DNA of 64,000 nucleotides from Eledone cirrhosa (taxonomy: Eukaryota): assembly GCA_964016885.1 (NCBI GenBank), contig OZ024743.1, positions 154,256,001 through 154,320,000 on the forward strand, given 5' to 3'. The notes beneath the pieces were generated by a model, which was given only the letters and a program-made list of their open reading frames with translations, searched no databases and had not been told where the DNA came from. The position numbers and the translations under genes were made by a program. This document shows positions 1-12,031 of the stretch, in pieces. Each line of letters begins with the position of its first letter. The first letter of the stretch is position 1.

Positions 1-630
1 CAGTAAGTTGGCTGCTTAATGAGAATAAAACTGCTAAATGAAGCCAAGTGAATGGAAATCAATACTAAATTTATGGTGTAACTAATTGTTACTGAAATGT
101 AAATCGTCAGGATTCACCATTGTCAGATTGGGGTGATTTCGAGGAGCGTTTATGAAACGTATCACGGACTATAGCAAATAATCTAGTATAGAATGATGTG
201 ATGTCATGTTGTCTGTCTCAATGATATACTGTAAATTTCTCAAGTCTTCTTATTCACATTTAATATACTCTTTAATATGATCGAAATATTTAAGAAAAAG
301 AAGCTCATGTTATAGCAAACTTATTTTCTATACAATTGTCGCATTCATTACTCACGCAGCCAAATGTAGCATCCAATATATTTACAAAACACCCTTGATA
401 AGATCAAGGTAGTTGATGTTTTATTTGAAATTCTAAAGAGTTATGCCGATAGAGAAAGTGTAAATGGAGAGGAGAAGCAGGTGTATCAAATATATTTTAC
501 TGGAAGTCGAACATAACTTGTTACTCACCCCATTATAGTTGAAGTAAAAGAGGCTGGGAGTAACATATTGCACATATAAGTCTGTAGTTGTCAATCATTT
601 GAGTAGTCTAATTTCACATATGGTATAAGC

Positions 631-936
631 CAGGGGCGTCAATAGGCAGCCCGCTGGCTACAATTCGGCCCGCCAAATCAATCAGAGTGACCCGCGATGA
701 CAGTTTATAATTTTTATCATGTAGGTTAATTTAGAAATATTTCGTAACCGTAATACAATTTTCTGTTAGTTGACCTATACTAAAGGGCTTCACTGATGGG
801 GTTATGTGTATTATAATTTCTCAGTTCCATGTTATAGAAAGAAGTCTTTAGGATAGTGCTTAATAAATATTAATGGCCATAATAGTTGTCCAATGTTCAA
901 AAGTGGCCCGCCAATGGAATACGTTGCACAACTCTG
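631..936. mobile_element. Non-autonomous hAT (Buster/Charlie-type) MITE
   Basis: Termini CAGGGGCGTCAA ... TTGCACAACTCTG form an imperfect TIR, with subterminal GGCCCGC motifs. The 8-bp TSD is GTATAAGC (623-630) / GTCTAAGC (937-944), with a central TA. Confidence 0.8.
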
Positions 937-2483
937 GTCTAAGCCACCAGCTTGTTTGTATGTAATTATTAAACTGATGTTGGGTTCTTCGTAAAGAGAC
1001 TGCAATAGATTAACATTGTATTATGTTCTTTTATTGAAGACGATACCTAATTTTTACGAAACTGATTTTGCAATATTTTGTCACTATGAAACCGTTTTCA
1101 AAAATGTGGATTATGTTGATCATGTATGAAATTGCACTACTTGTTTGCTACTCATATATTGTATTTTGATGAGGACCGTGTGGAGGAAATTCAAAATTGT
1201 ATTCGTGAAGGTATGATGGCAAGTGTGCCAACAGTTGATAGAAGTATGTGGGATACATTACCATGTGACTGTTAAACTGTTGATTGACATCGGTGATACA
1301 TATGTTTACATCAACAAATACAGAAACAATCGTGGTCAAGAGATTTCTTCTGTAATGGCTTAAAGTAGTCGGCAGCAAATAGTGACATCACGTGTGGAAC
1401 ATCGGCCCAACGTTTGCGAAGACAGTGTGCTATAGAGGCAAATTCAAAATAAAATATATCTTGAATTAAAAGCCAGTTAATGGTTCATCCAGTTGAACAA
1501 AGAAACAGAATTGCAAATAATTAGAGATGTAATAGAATGATAAAAATACCATTTATTCACAATTCATGTTGTTTTGAAAACTGGGAGATAGATAATCTAC
1601 AGTAACGAGCTTTTAGGAAATATATTAACTAAATTCTCGGTTGCTCCCATTACTCACTTAATGAGCATACAGAATATGCCACATAGTGCTAACAAAATAC
1701 ACATTTGTAATTGGGCGGGCGCATGTTGCTGTCCCGCACCTCGAGTACTCTGCGAGTGCAGGTGATGTCAGGTGCGGTTCTAGTAGTTGAACATTGGGTT
1801 ACTCTCGTTGTGTGCCTGTGTACACCATTTGGTTGGTAAGAAGTTTGTTTGTCGGAGGTATTGGTTATGCTAATTATTTGATGGGCTCGTAGTCGCTGCA
1901 GACGATTATAATATAGAAAGTACGAAATGCGATCCGATATCTCCATATCTGTAGTTGGTACTGGTTGATCATTTTGTTGTGGGGAATGGTGAGCGTAGAT
2001 TAGAAAGACAAGTCTGGTTGCATTCTTATTTGAGCAATGCGGATGTAGTGAATAATGTTGAGTGCATTAAAGTGTGTAATTTATATTTACTCTTCTATTC
2101 AATTACCCATTCAAGTTATCCGACTGAGGCCATACTGGGGCGCGGAACTTGCTTTAATCTTGATGTATTTAACTTTAGCTTAAGGCAATAGAACTATCTT
2201 AATTAGACACACATGCACATCCACACAGATCATACATATATATCACATTACATAATTTATAGAGATATTTATGTGTATAGTACATATAATACAGCAAATA
2301 ACCTAGAACCGGTTCTGAAAAGAAACATTACTCACTTCTCCAACAGCGAGGAAGCAATCTATTTTGGATGAGTCTGAAACAATATTGAACTATATAACCA
2401 CAGGGTGTGCCCCAAAAATGTATACGTTTTTTGATTATCTGCACAGGCAATATTTATTTGAATGTTGTTCGGGACACTCAGTG

Positions 2484-2636
2484 TATATACATACATACAT
2501 AAATACTGTAGTATGTATGTATACTCTGTATGTATGTATACTGTATGTATGTATGCATACTCTGAATGTATGTATACTGTATGTATGTATGTATGTATAC
2601 TCTGTATACATACATACATATATATATATGTATACA

Positions 2637-2703
<67 letters not shown>

Positions 2704-2730
2704 TTATATATATGTGTATATATATATATG

Positions 2731-2764
<34 letters not shown>

Positions 2765-2820
2765 CATATATATGTATACACATATTATCAATATATATAT
2801 ATACATATATATATATATAG
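2484..2820. repeat. (TA)n/(TATG)n microsatellite tract
   Basis: Directly visible. It explains the YIYI ORFs. Confidence 0.95.
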
Positions 2821-2848
2821 ATAGATTGGAGTATATATACATAGTGAA

Positions 2849-2964
2849 GGCGTGTGGCGGAGTGGTTAGAGAATTGGATTCGCAATCGTAAGGTTGTGAG
2901 TTCGATTCCTGGACCAGGCGATGCGTTATGTCCTTGAGCAAGACACTTTATTTCACGTTGCTCC
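2849..2964 (+). mobile_element. tRNA-derived SINE, 5' part
   Basis: Pol III A box TGGCGGAGTGG (2855-2865) and B box GAGTTCGATTCC (2898-2909), followed by the SINE core-like TGTCCTTGAGCAAGACACTT. Confidence 0.8.
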
Positions 2965-3068
2965 TTCTACCTGGAGTTGCGACCGATAGATATTATTAGC
3001 AATTGGAAATACCAACGGAAACATTGTTCCCCTGGTCCGATTTGTCGAAAGTCGATCGTTCCTTAAAA

Positions 3069-3259
3069 ATAGATTGGAGTGAAAGCAACTGGTGCATGCG
3101 TTTCTTATTGGCAGCATGACCCTCACAAAGTATAAACATTTATATATATATATATATGTATTCATATATATAAATATATATATATATATTTTTATACGTT
3201 GGGAGGGTCAGGTTGCCAATAAGAAACACACGCACCAGTTGCTTTCACTCCAATCTATT
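3069..3259. repeat. Inverted repeat (about 68-bp arms) around a (TA)n spacer; tail-to-tail PLE 3' ends
   Basis: 3069-3136 is the near reverse complement of 3191-3259. Confidence 0.85.
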
Positions 3260-3801
3260 ATAAATTAAATTATAAATTTAAGAGTTTTGTAAATTTCCGG
3301 TTGGTTGGTTGGTTCCACAACCGGATGGTTGTTCATATATCGTCAAAGTTCTTTCGTCACACATTATGTGACCTCTTCAGTGACTGGGGATTATTTCCTT
3401 TGTTTTTTGCCTCTCCTTTGTACTGTGCTACCCCATCTTGTTTTTGTGTATGTTGTGTGCTTACTTTGCGCATGTTTTACATCCGGGTGTCCGTGTGTGT
3501 TTTTATTTGTTTATTTATTTGTTTATTTATATGTTACTAGTTGGTTGTTTGTACTATGTGTGTCTGTGTTTTCATTTTCTCCTTAAATGTAAGCTGTGAT
3601 GTTGCTATTCCATTCATGTTTTCTATTTAATTTTGGTTGGAGTTCATTTATGCTTATTGCCTCTGTGATTTGTCTAAACATTCCGTCTTTTCTGTGTGTA
3701 GATTTTATTTTTATTTCTATGTTCTCTAATTTGCCCCTTTGTTCTATTTTAGCATGTTGGTGGAGTACTGATGATTCTTTAAATTTATCTTCTATTCTTC
3801 C
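3191..3801 (-). mobile_element. Penelope-like element 3' end (GIY-YIG C-terminus + pLTR)
   Basis: Minus frame 3801-3583 reads ...SSVLHQHAKIEQRG...STHRKDGMFRQITEAISINELQPKLNRKHEWN*, the PLE endonuclease tail. A hammerhead motif follows. Confidence 0.8.
3342..3384 (-). ncRNA. Minimal type I hammerhead ribozyme
   Basis: GUCA-CUGAAGA-G-GUCACA(UAAUG)UGUGAC-GAAA-GAAC-UU/UGAC. Stem I is 4 bp and stem II is 6 bp. Confidence 0.75.
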
Positions 3802-4540
3802 CTATGGTACTATGGTTCAATGTATGGATAATATATCTTTAATATCGAATATGGATACCGTTTTTATAATTTCTAACTATAAATTATATATCTTCCTATT
3901 TATTATTTTGTCATCATCTTCCCTCAAGTTGTTAACTTTTTTATTTCTAATTTTCGACCTTATTACCAATGTCAATTTCCATTGTGAAACCTTAATATCT
4001 AGACCCGGGAATTAATTGTATATTCTCTTCGCGGCTGATGGTCAATCATATTGTCCAAGCATAAATAGGGATAGTATTGAAAATTATACTCTACAACTAA
4101 CACTGAGAGTTGGACTAGCAGTAAACTATAGCTTACTGGCTAGCGTGAATCTGTGACCGTGTCACCTTACTGGCCGTGATGGGGTAGATTGGTTTCATTG
4201 CGTAGGCTACTTTCGCTGTGTTTTGGATAGTAGTTAGATGGTAAACTTCCTTCATATTTGCGCCTGCGCAAATCTCTGGAAGGGAGTTTTGGCTCACAAG
4301 GGAACGGGCGAAGGCTTCAAGAACATCATCTTTGTCCGTTCTCTTGTCGTTTTAATTATGATTGCTACGAGAACGTAACCTTATTATGTAAGAAGCTGTC
4401 TGATGAGATCATGACACTGGTCAGGCGGAATTGCGCGGCCACTGTAGTCATTGAAATATATATCATAGCATATTCTATAAAGGTGTTAAACATCTGCAAA
4501 TACTTCATATTTTGTACTCCACCCACCTCTCTCTTCCTTT

Positions 4541-4625
<85 letters not shown>

Positions 4626-4748
4626 GGAGGTGAGTTTTATTGTAGTACAATAAAGCAATGCAGATATCGGATGAGAAGCACTCTACAGTTTGTAGGACTG
4701 GAGTATACATAATATATAAGGTCAAAAGATGGTTAAATGAGTTCCATG

Positions 4749-4819
4749 TATCTTATTATGCGCATTTCAAAAACAAATATCATCATGCAATAACATTTGT
4801 GTTTTCATCAGATATAATA
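4749..4819 (-). ncRNA. Type I hammerhead ribozyme (inverted pLTR copy)
   Basis: UAUUAUAU-CUGAUGA-long stem II-GAAA-UGCGCA-UA/AUAAGAUA. Stem I has one mismatch. Confidence 0.75.
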
Positions 4820-5180
4820 GGAGGACATGCTATGAAGGTTAAAAAACACTTGTGGCTAGTGCAGTTTTAAATCAACATATGAAAAGTAGCTTTATATTGA
4901 TGTGTGATATTGGGAAAAAAAAATGTTGAGGGGGGTGGTGGAAAGGATGAAAAAGAGGAGGAGATGAGAGTAAAAAGTGGAGGGGGAGGAGTATAGTGAG
5001 GAAGGATGAGATAGGAGGAGAGATGGGTGACAGAGAGAGAGAGATAGCTTTTATAACTGAGAAAAATATATTGTTTTACATAGAGAGGTTGACAAAACCG
5101 TTGGAAGATAATGTATAAATTAAAAGAATTTGAAAATTAACGAAGAGAAAAAATAATGTAAAGTTAAGGTTTGTATATTG

Positions 5181-5350
5181 AAGGGTTTAATAATATGTGC
5201 GATGAAAAGAAATTGTTAATATGTATTAAGAATAATATTTAAGGGTTTAATAATATGTGCTATGGAAAGAAAATGTTAATATGTATTAAGAATAATATTT
5301 AAGGGTTTAATAATATGTGCGATGGAAAGAAAATGTTGATATGTATTATT
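5181..5350. repeat. 60-bp tandem repeat x~3 within the pLTR (mirror copy at about 6680-6850)
   Basis: The unit AAGGGTTTAATAATATGTGC.ATG.AAAGAAA.TGTT.ATATGTATTA... starts at 5181, 5241 and 5301. Confidence 0.9.
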
Positions 5351-5522
5351 AAAAGAAGTAATGTAAGTAAGGATATATTGTGAGATTAGCATGAAAAAAT
5401 TAGATGAAAGGGAGAAAAAATAATGAATAGAGGATGAATAATCTAACGTCAAAAAATGTTTATGTTTACGAAGGATTTTTTCAAGGTGATATGAAGTAAG
5501 AATATGGTGTATTGTGTAATGC

Positions 5523-6310
5523 TTCCCTCGCTCACATATCTATAGTAAAATATTTAACAAGCACACTATAACATTTTCCTATTCAACATCCTCCAACATT
5601 TCCAACATTATCTCTAAACACAACAATAAAATACTAAATACTAAATCTCTTCCTTCCAACACTGAATATCATAATAATAGTAATAGTACTCCCGACGTCA
5701 TTGTAAACTCTAGGCTAATTTCTGCAAACCCAAATACAACGTCAAACACAACTTCGCTAAATGTTCTTAATCCCATTCTAAATCAAGAAACTATTATTCC
5801 TATCGCCAATAACTTCTCCAATCCAATTCCTTCTATAGATAACACTAGGTCACTCGTTAATAATCTCTCTAATCGCAATTGCAATTGCCCAGCTAAAAAT
5901 AAATGTCCTCTCAACAACCATTGTCTTGATAAAAACTTAATTTACGAATGTAAAGTTATAACTGACACCAATTCCTTCACCTATTTTGGCTCCACTTCCT
6001 ACCTCCTTTAAAGCTCGTCTTTATAATCATCATTCGTATTTTAAATATAAACTTAAAAGAACCAACACGGCTCTCTCAGAACTCATATGGTCCTTGAAAG
6101 ACAAAAATATTAAATATAACATCTCTTGGAAAAAGGTTTCCTCTGCTTCTTCATACTTGAACAGTTCTCTATCTAAGATTGGCAACCTCTGTCTAAATGA
6201 AAAAAATTACCATTATTTCTAATTTAGATTCTATAATAAATAGACGCACTGACTTGTTTTCTATCTGCTTGCATAAATTCCACAGAACTTTCCATAAAGT
6301 ATACAGCTAA
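5523..6310 (+). pseudogene. PLE linker + GIY-YIG endonuclease remnant
   Basis: FPRSHIYSKIFNKHTITFSYS...CNCPAKNKCPLNNHCLDKNLIYEC...TYFG, then a frameshift, then SFKARLYNH...TALSELIWSLK...LCLNEK. Confidence 0.88.
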
Positions 6311-7216
6311 TATGATAAACTTTATCAATTCAGAATCCTTTTCTCAAAGGCACATCTATATATATATGTATATATACTTCTTTAAAAATATACCCAGCTT
6401 TCTACCTTATTTCAAATTTATTTATTATATTTATTATATTCTACATCACTCCTAATTTCTAACCCCTAATCTGTACCTTTTCTCACTTTGCCTAACATAG
6501 AAACAATTATTACACAATACACCATATTCTTACTTCATATCACCTTGAAAAAATCCTTCGTAAACATAAACATTTTTTGACGTTAGATTATTCATCCTCT
6601 ATTCATTATTTGTTCTCCCTTTCATCTAACTTATTCATGCTCATCTCACAATATATCCTTACTTACATTACTTCTTTTAATAATACATATCAACATTTTC
6701 TTTCCATCGCACATATTATTAAACCCTTAAATATTATTCTTAATACATATTAACATTTTCTTTTCATCGCACATATTATTAAACCCTTACATATTATTCT
6801 TAATACATATTAACAATTTCTTTTCATCGCACATATTATTAAACCCTTCAATATACAAACCTTAACTTTACATTATTTTTTCTCTTCGTTAATTTCCAAA
6901 TTCTTTTAATTTATACATTATATTCCAACGGTTTTTTCAACCTCTCTATGTAAAACAATATATTTTTCTCAGTTATAAAAGCTATCTCTCTCTCTCTATC
7001 GCCCATCACTCCTCCTATCTCATCCTTCATCACTATACTCCTCCCCCTCCACTTTTTACTCTCATCTGCTCCTCTTTTTCATCCGTTCCAACCGCCCCCC
7101 TCCCTCAATTTCTTTTTTTCCCCCAATATCACATATCAATCTAAAACTACTTTTCATATGTTGATTTAAAACTGCACTATCCACAAGTGTTTTTTAACCT
7201 TCATATCATGTCCTCC

Positions 7217-7287
7217 TATTTTATCTGATGAAAACACAAATGTTATTGCATGATGATATTTGTTTTTGAAATGCGCATAATAAAATA
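7217..7287 (+). ncRNA. Type I hammerhead ribozyme, intact core
   Basis: UAUUUUAU-CUGAUGA-(about 15-bp stem II)-GAAA-UGCGCA-UA/AUAAAAUA. Stem I is a perfect 8 bp, stem III is the palindrome AUGCGCAU, and the AUA cleavage site falls after 7279. Confidence 0.85.
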
Positions 7288-7319
7288 CATGGAACTCATT
7301 TAACCATCTTTTGTTTGAT

Positions 7320-7419
<100 letters not shown>

Positions 7420-7497
7420 CTTACATACATGCATACATATATATATATTCGTTTTGCGAGGTTTTTGATATGAAATCGTGTGTCGAAACAAATATGG

Positions 7498-8010
7498 TCA
7501 TACTTGGGGAGGGTCATATTGCTGTAATCATATTGTCAGAAATAATAACAGAACACACTCACTGTTGGATTTGTTTTCCCTTCTGTATCTTTTATATATC
7601 CACAGTTAATTCATTTGGTCCTCAATGTTTATCATTGACTATACCCATCCATTAACATTGGTTTTGCTCAAAATTCCTCATTACTTAAACCCAAGACAGG
7701 TAAAAACTCCAGAGTTTTTCAGTCGGACATGAAACAAATTAATTTCTAATGGAAGAAGAACAGATTTTAAAGGACTTTTAAATCTTTTCTTCTTCCATTA
7801 GAAATTAATTTGTTCGGGTTTAATTAATGAGGAATTTTGAGCAAAATCAATGTTAAAGGATGGGTATATTCAATGGTAAACATTGAGGACCGAATGAATT
7901 AACTGTGGAGATATAAAAGATAGAGAAGCGAAAACCAATCAAACAGAGATTGTGTTCTGTTATTATTTCTGGCAATATTATTACGACAATATGACCCTCC
8001 CCAAGTATAA
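7498..8010. repeat. About 510-bp fold-back palindrome
   Basis: The left half is the reverse complement of the right half, centred near 7772 with a loop of only a few nt. The left arm carries an insert of about 38 nt at 7693-7731. Confidence 0.9.
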
Positions 8011-8011
8011 C

Positions 8012-8213
<202 letters not shown>

Positions 8214-8323
8214 TTGTTATTACTCTAAGGCCTACAAACTTATCGAGTACTTTGCTGCCCATTCCTAATTGTATATCGTCAGCTTGGGCACAGCCATAAC
8301 TTCGATTTACCTAAACTTCCACT

Positions 8324-8357
<34 letters not shown>

Positions 8358-8487
8358 GCATGGGTGTCAATGTTAGTAATGGTTGCATCCCAGCTTACTC
8401 AATAGGTAATTTTATTTTAAATCGCAGAGTAGACACATAGTTATTCGCTTCAATGCAACACACGTGAATGGGTTACTTTAACACTAT

Positions 8488-8600
8488 ACCCGAACTCGAG
8501 TTTCGACCACACTTCATGAAGCAATAGAGTCCCCGGCATCCACTTTGTGAATTTATTATGCAACAATGTACAATCGGCGGATGAGGCTTCATCAGCGGGT
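8488..8600 (-). ncRNA. Hammerhead motif with enlarged stem II domain
   Basis: ACCCG-CUGAUGA-(84 nt)-GAAA-CUCGAG-UU/CGGGU. Stem I is 5 bp and stem III is the palindrome ACUCGAGU. Confidence 0.65.
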
Positions 8601-9039
8601 TCCACGTAATCAATAACCAATCGATTGATATAATTCAATTCCAGTAACTGTCGGATATGACAGGTAATGTGACAGTCAATACAGTAAAACATTAGCAATT
8701 GAAATTACTATGTATCATCACAATTCCGTCAAACGATTTGATACTGGTTCAAAAATGTACGTGATAGTAGAAAACAAAATTGAAATAGTTCCGCTTCCGC
8801 CATAAGCACTAAGCCAACTTATCTCCAACACAAATTAACAAGCGAGTGAAAAATCGGTTACTAGATAAAATCAGAATGGTAGGATTTGGCTCCAGTCTGC
8901 AAGTACCATGACGAGAAAGAGTGCGACAGTAACAATGGTAGTGTCGAAAACGTTACCGGACATTAAATACCCGCAGGCAGTTAGACAAAGCTCTCTCCTT
9001 TGTTCTATTGTAGATCATCTTATTGGTGTAAGACAGACA

Positions 9040-9290
9040 AAGAGGAGACACAAACTCAAAACATAGTCACAGAGGAGGTTACAGAATGTGTGACGAAAGA
9101 GCTCTGACACTATATATACAACCATGTGGTTATAGAACTAACCAACCAACCAGAGATGTATCATAAATTGAAGTGAAAACCAACGGGTGGGTGTTTTTGT
9201 TGATAGCATGACCCTCCCAAAGTATAACAATATGTTTCAACACACGTTTTAAGAAGAGAATTCTTGCAAAACAAATTAAAAAAACGAACT
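9040..9290 (+). mobile_element. Solo PLE pLTR fragment with a mutated hammerhead (9066-9108)
   Basis: Homologous to 3191-3400 (minus): GUCA-CAGAGGA-G-GUUACA(GAAUG)UGUGAC-GAAA-GAGC-UC/UGAC, then AACCAACCAACC and GCATGACCCTCCCAAAGTATAA. Confidence 0.75.
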
Positions 9291-9371
9291 ATATATATAT
9301 ATTTATACACATATATATATATATTCTTACCCATACACACGCACACACACACATATACCCCCCCCCCCCAC

Positions 9372-9407
<36 letters not shown>

Positions 9408-9858
9408 CTGTACCAGTTCCAGCCATCCTCCTGAAGAATAACTATGCATAATGGGTTTTAAAAATTTCTTTCGGAAATTTTCCATTAGAAATGTATTAAC
9501 GGTGTTGATGACTATGCAGTGTGTTCAATCCCATCAATCCGGTTGCTTCATATTGTCTCACCAACGTCATTTTATCCACCACTGGTTCTCTCAAGAACCT
9601 GGGGTGGAGTGATAGGGGAACTAATAACATTCCTTTCATAATATCTGCTCCCCTATAAGATTTACAAAAACTCATCATACATACTTGTTTTTAACTTTAT
9701 ATACTCTGCCTCGACTACCAGACGCAATCTGGGAAGCTTCAGGCTGTTGAGTTCACGATATCTCGAAATATGACATTTGGAGTGTTGGGTACAATGCCGT
9801 AATTGGTCGTCTACCTGCATATAACATAATAGATGTCTTACCATTAGTATCTCTCACT

Positions 9859-9964
<106 letters not shown>

Positions 9965-10219
9965 TTGATTTAAAACTGCACTATCCACAAGTGTATTTTA
10001 ACCTTCATATGATGTCTTCCTGTTTTATCTGATGAAAACACAAATATCATTTCATGATGATATTTGTTTTTGAAATGCGCATAATAAAATACATGGAACT
10101 CTTTTAACCATCATTTGTTCTTATATATTATGTATACTCCAGTCTTACAAACTGTAGAGTGCTTCTTATCCGATATCTGCATTACTTTATTGTACTACAA
10201 TAAAACTCACCTCCTACAT
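9965..10219 (+). mobile_element. Solo PLE pLTR, same family as 4622-7328
   Basis: Matches the reverse complement of 4622-4875 and is bounded by (TA)n. Confidence 0.88.
10021..10091 (+). ncRNA. Type I hammerhead ribozyme, intact core
   Basis: UGUUUUAU-CUGAUGA-AAACACAAAUAUCAU...AUGAUAUUUGUUUUU-GAAA-UGCGCA-UA/AUAAAAUA. Confidence 0.85.
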
Positions 10220-10368
10220 TATATATATATATATATATGCAAAAGTTCTATTTAAATTGTTGGGATACAACAAGCAAATATTTTTATAACTGATATAAAG
10301 CACTCGACAAGTATTTGGAGTAAATATACGATATTAACAAATGGAAACTATATTTATAAAACCATATC

Positions 10369-10433
10369 TATTTTATTATACATATTTCAAGGATACCATG
10401 TTAAATTATGGTATGCTTTCATCAGACGAAATA
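10369..10433 (-). ncRNA. Type I hammerhead ribozyme
   Basis: UAUUUCGU-CUGAUGA-AAGCAUACCAU(AAUUUAAC)AUGGUAUCCUU-GAAA-UAUGUA-UA/AUAAAAUA. Confidence 0.75.
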
Positions 10434-11082
10434 CAATATATACCAGTTTTAGAAATAAATAGTGACATACCCTTTCAAAATGCAACCGTTACATTTGGAA
10501 GACATCAGGGATAGTGGATTTGTTTACTTATAATAGTAAGTCGTTGTGTTACGGAGAAGGAAAAAGACGGAGAGAGAGAAAACACGGAGAGAGAAAAGCG
10601 GAGAGAGAAAGGGAGAAATAAAGAAAGAAAAAGAAAAAAAGAAAAAAGAGAAAAACGAGAGAGAGATATCAAAACACCAGACAGAGAGAAAAAAATCGAG
10701 AGAGAGAAATATAGAGATAGAGAGAGGGGTAGAGAACGAAAACCTTAAGTCATGTCATATTAAGTTAAGTTAACAATTGAGATGAAATGAATAAATAAAA
10801 TTAGAAATATTAATATTCCTGAATGGAATATACATATATAATATGAGAAATTAATCATTGTTTAACTATGATTAGATATTTAGTTTAAAAATTGAGATCA
10901 ATATATTAAAAATTGGAATTTAAACATTAAGAAATCTATATATTGCTAGAGAAATTACATATCATATAACATACACACACGCAAAACATACACATAAATT
11001 TATATATACACACAGTTTACTCAGCTGTAGAAATGAGATGATAGGGACTGGGGTCCCTATCATTCCACTGCAAAGTGGACGT

Positions 11083-11234
11083 GGATGTGCCACGGCAAAA
11101 AAAGCACCCAGCACTCACTGTAAATGAGGTTGGTGTTAGGAAGGGCATCCAGCTGTAGAAATCAAGCCAGAATCAGTTCCCGTCCCACCCTTGCAAGCAG
11201 GGAAAAGCGGACGTAAAATGAAATGAAATGATGA
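11083..11234 (+). mobile_element. SINE 3' portion
   Basis: GTTGGTGTTAGGAAGGGCATCCAGCTGTAGAAA ... GCGGACGTAAAATGAAATGAAATGATGA tail, recognised as a cephalopod-type SINE end. Confidence 0.65.
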
Positions 11235-11879
11235 CACACTCAGAAAATACACATCATATCTACCCCCGTATATAATATATACATACAAAGCATAAATGAT
11301 TTTATTTATTAATGTTATACATCCTTTGTGTTATTAAATAAACATGTTTAATATATATATATAAATATATAAGATTAGCTGTCATGCATTTATGGCTGTT
11401 AATTATGTCTATCTTCAATCAAATTGTATGGGTACCCATGTACATGTACACACACAATTCTTACATATACACATATAAACATGTGTGTGCATCTTCAGCC
11501 AATTGGTAGACACGCGTCACGCATGCATATATACAGATAGACATATATTCATAAAAATGCATATAACACATGTATATGCATGTTAATATACACATATACA
11601 TACATACAGGTATAGAGATAAGTATACATCAATATACATCAATATACATCTCTCTCGTTTTTCTCTTTTTTCTTTTTTTCTTTTTCTTTCTTTATTTCTC
11701 CCTTTCTCTCTCCACTTTTCTCTCTCCGTTTTTTCTCTCTCTCCGTCTTTTTCCTTCTCCGTAACACAACGACTTACTATTAAAAGTAAACAAATCCACT
11801 ATCCCTGATGTATTCCAAAAGTAACGGCTGCATTTTGAAAGGGTATGTCAATATTTATTTATAAAACTGGTATATATTG

Positions 11880-11944
11880 TATTTCGTCTGATGAAAGCAT
11901 ACCATAATTTAACATGGTATCCTTGAAATATGTATGATAAAATA
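11880..11944 (+). ncRNA. Hammerhead copy with a non-cleavable AUG triplet
   Basis: Same as 10369-10433 except that the NUH triplet is AUG (G at 11936). Confidence 0.7.
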
Positions 11945-11983
11945 GATATGGTTTTATAAATATAGTTTCCATTTGTTAATATC

Positions 11984-12031
<48 letters not shown>

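Larger units (their letters stand above)
10324..11989. mobile_element. Inverted pLTR-like pair (about 345-bp arms) with a non-coding spacer
   Basis: 10324-10668 is the reverse complement of 11648-11989. Each arm carries a hammerhead. Confidence 0.8.

Noticed and set aside
1148-1440. Moderately GC-rich stretch as a possible host exon
   Set aside because: No recognisable protein motif or convincing splice sites, and stops in the plus frames I translated.
2849-2920. tRNA gene
   Set aside because: A and B boxes are present, but the sequence runs straight into a SINE core with no clean acceptor stem or terminator.
9490-9810. Possible GIY-YIG C-terminus on the minus strand (ends in GLN)
   Set aside because: Too degenerate to support beyond the terminal motif.
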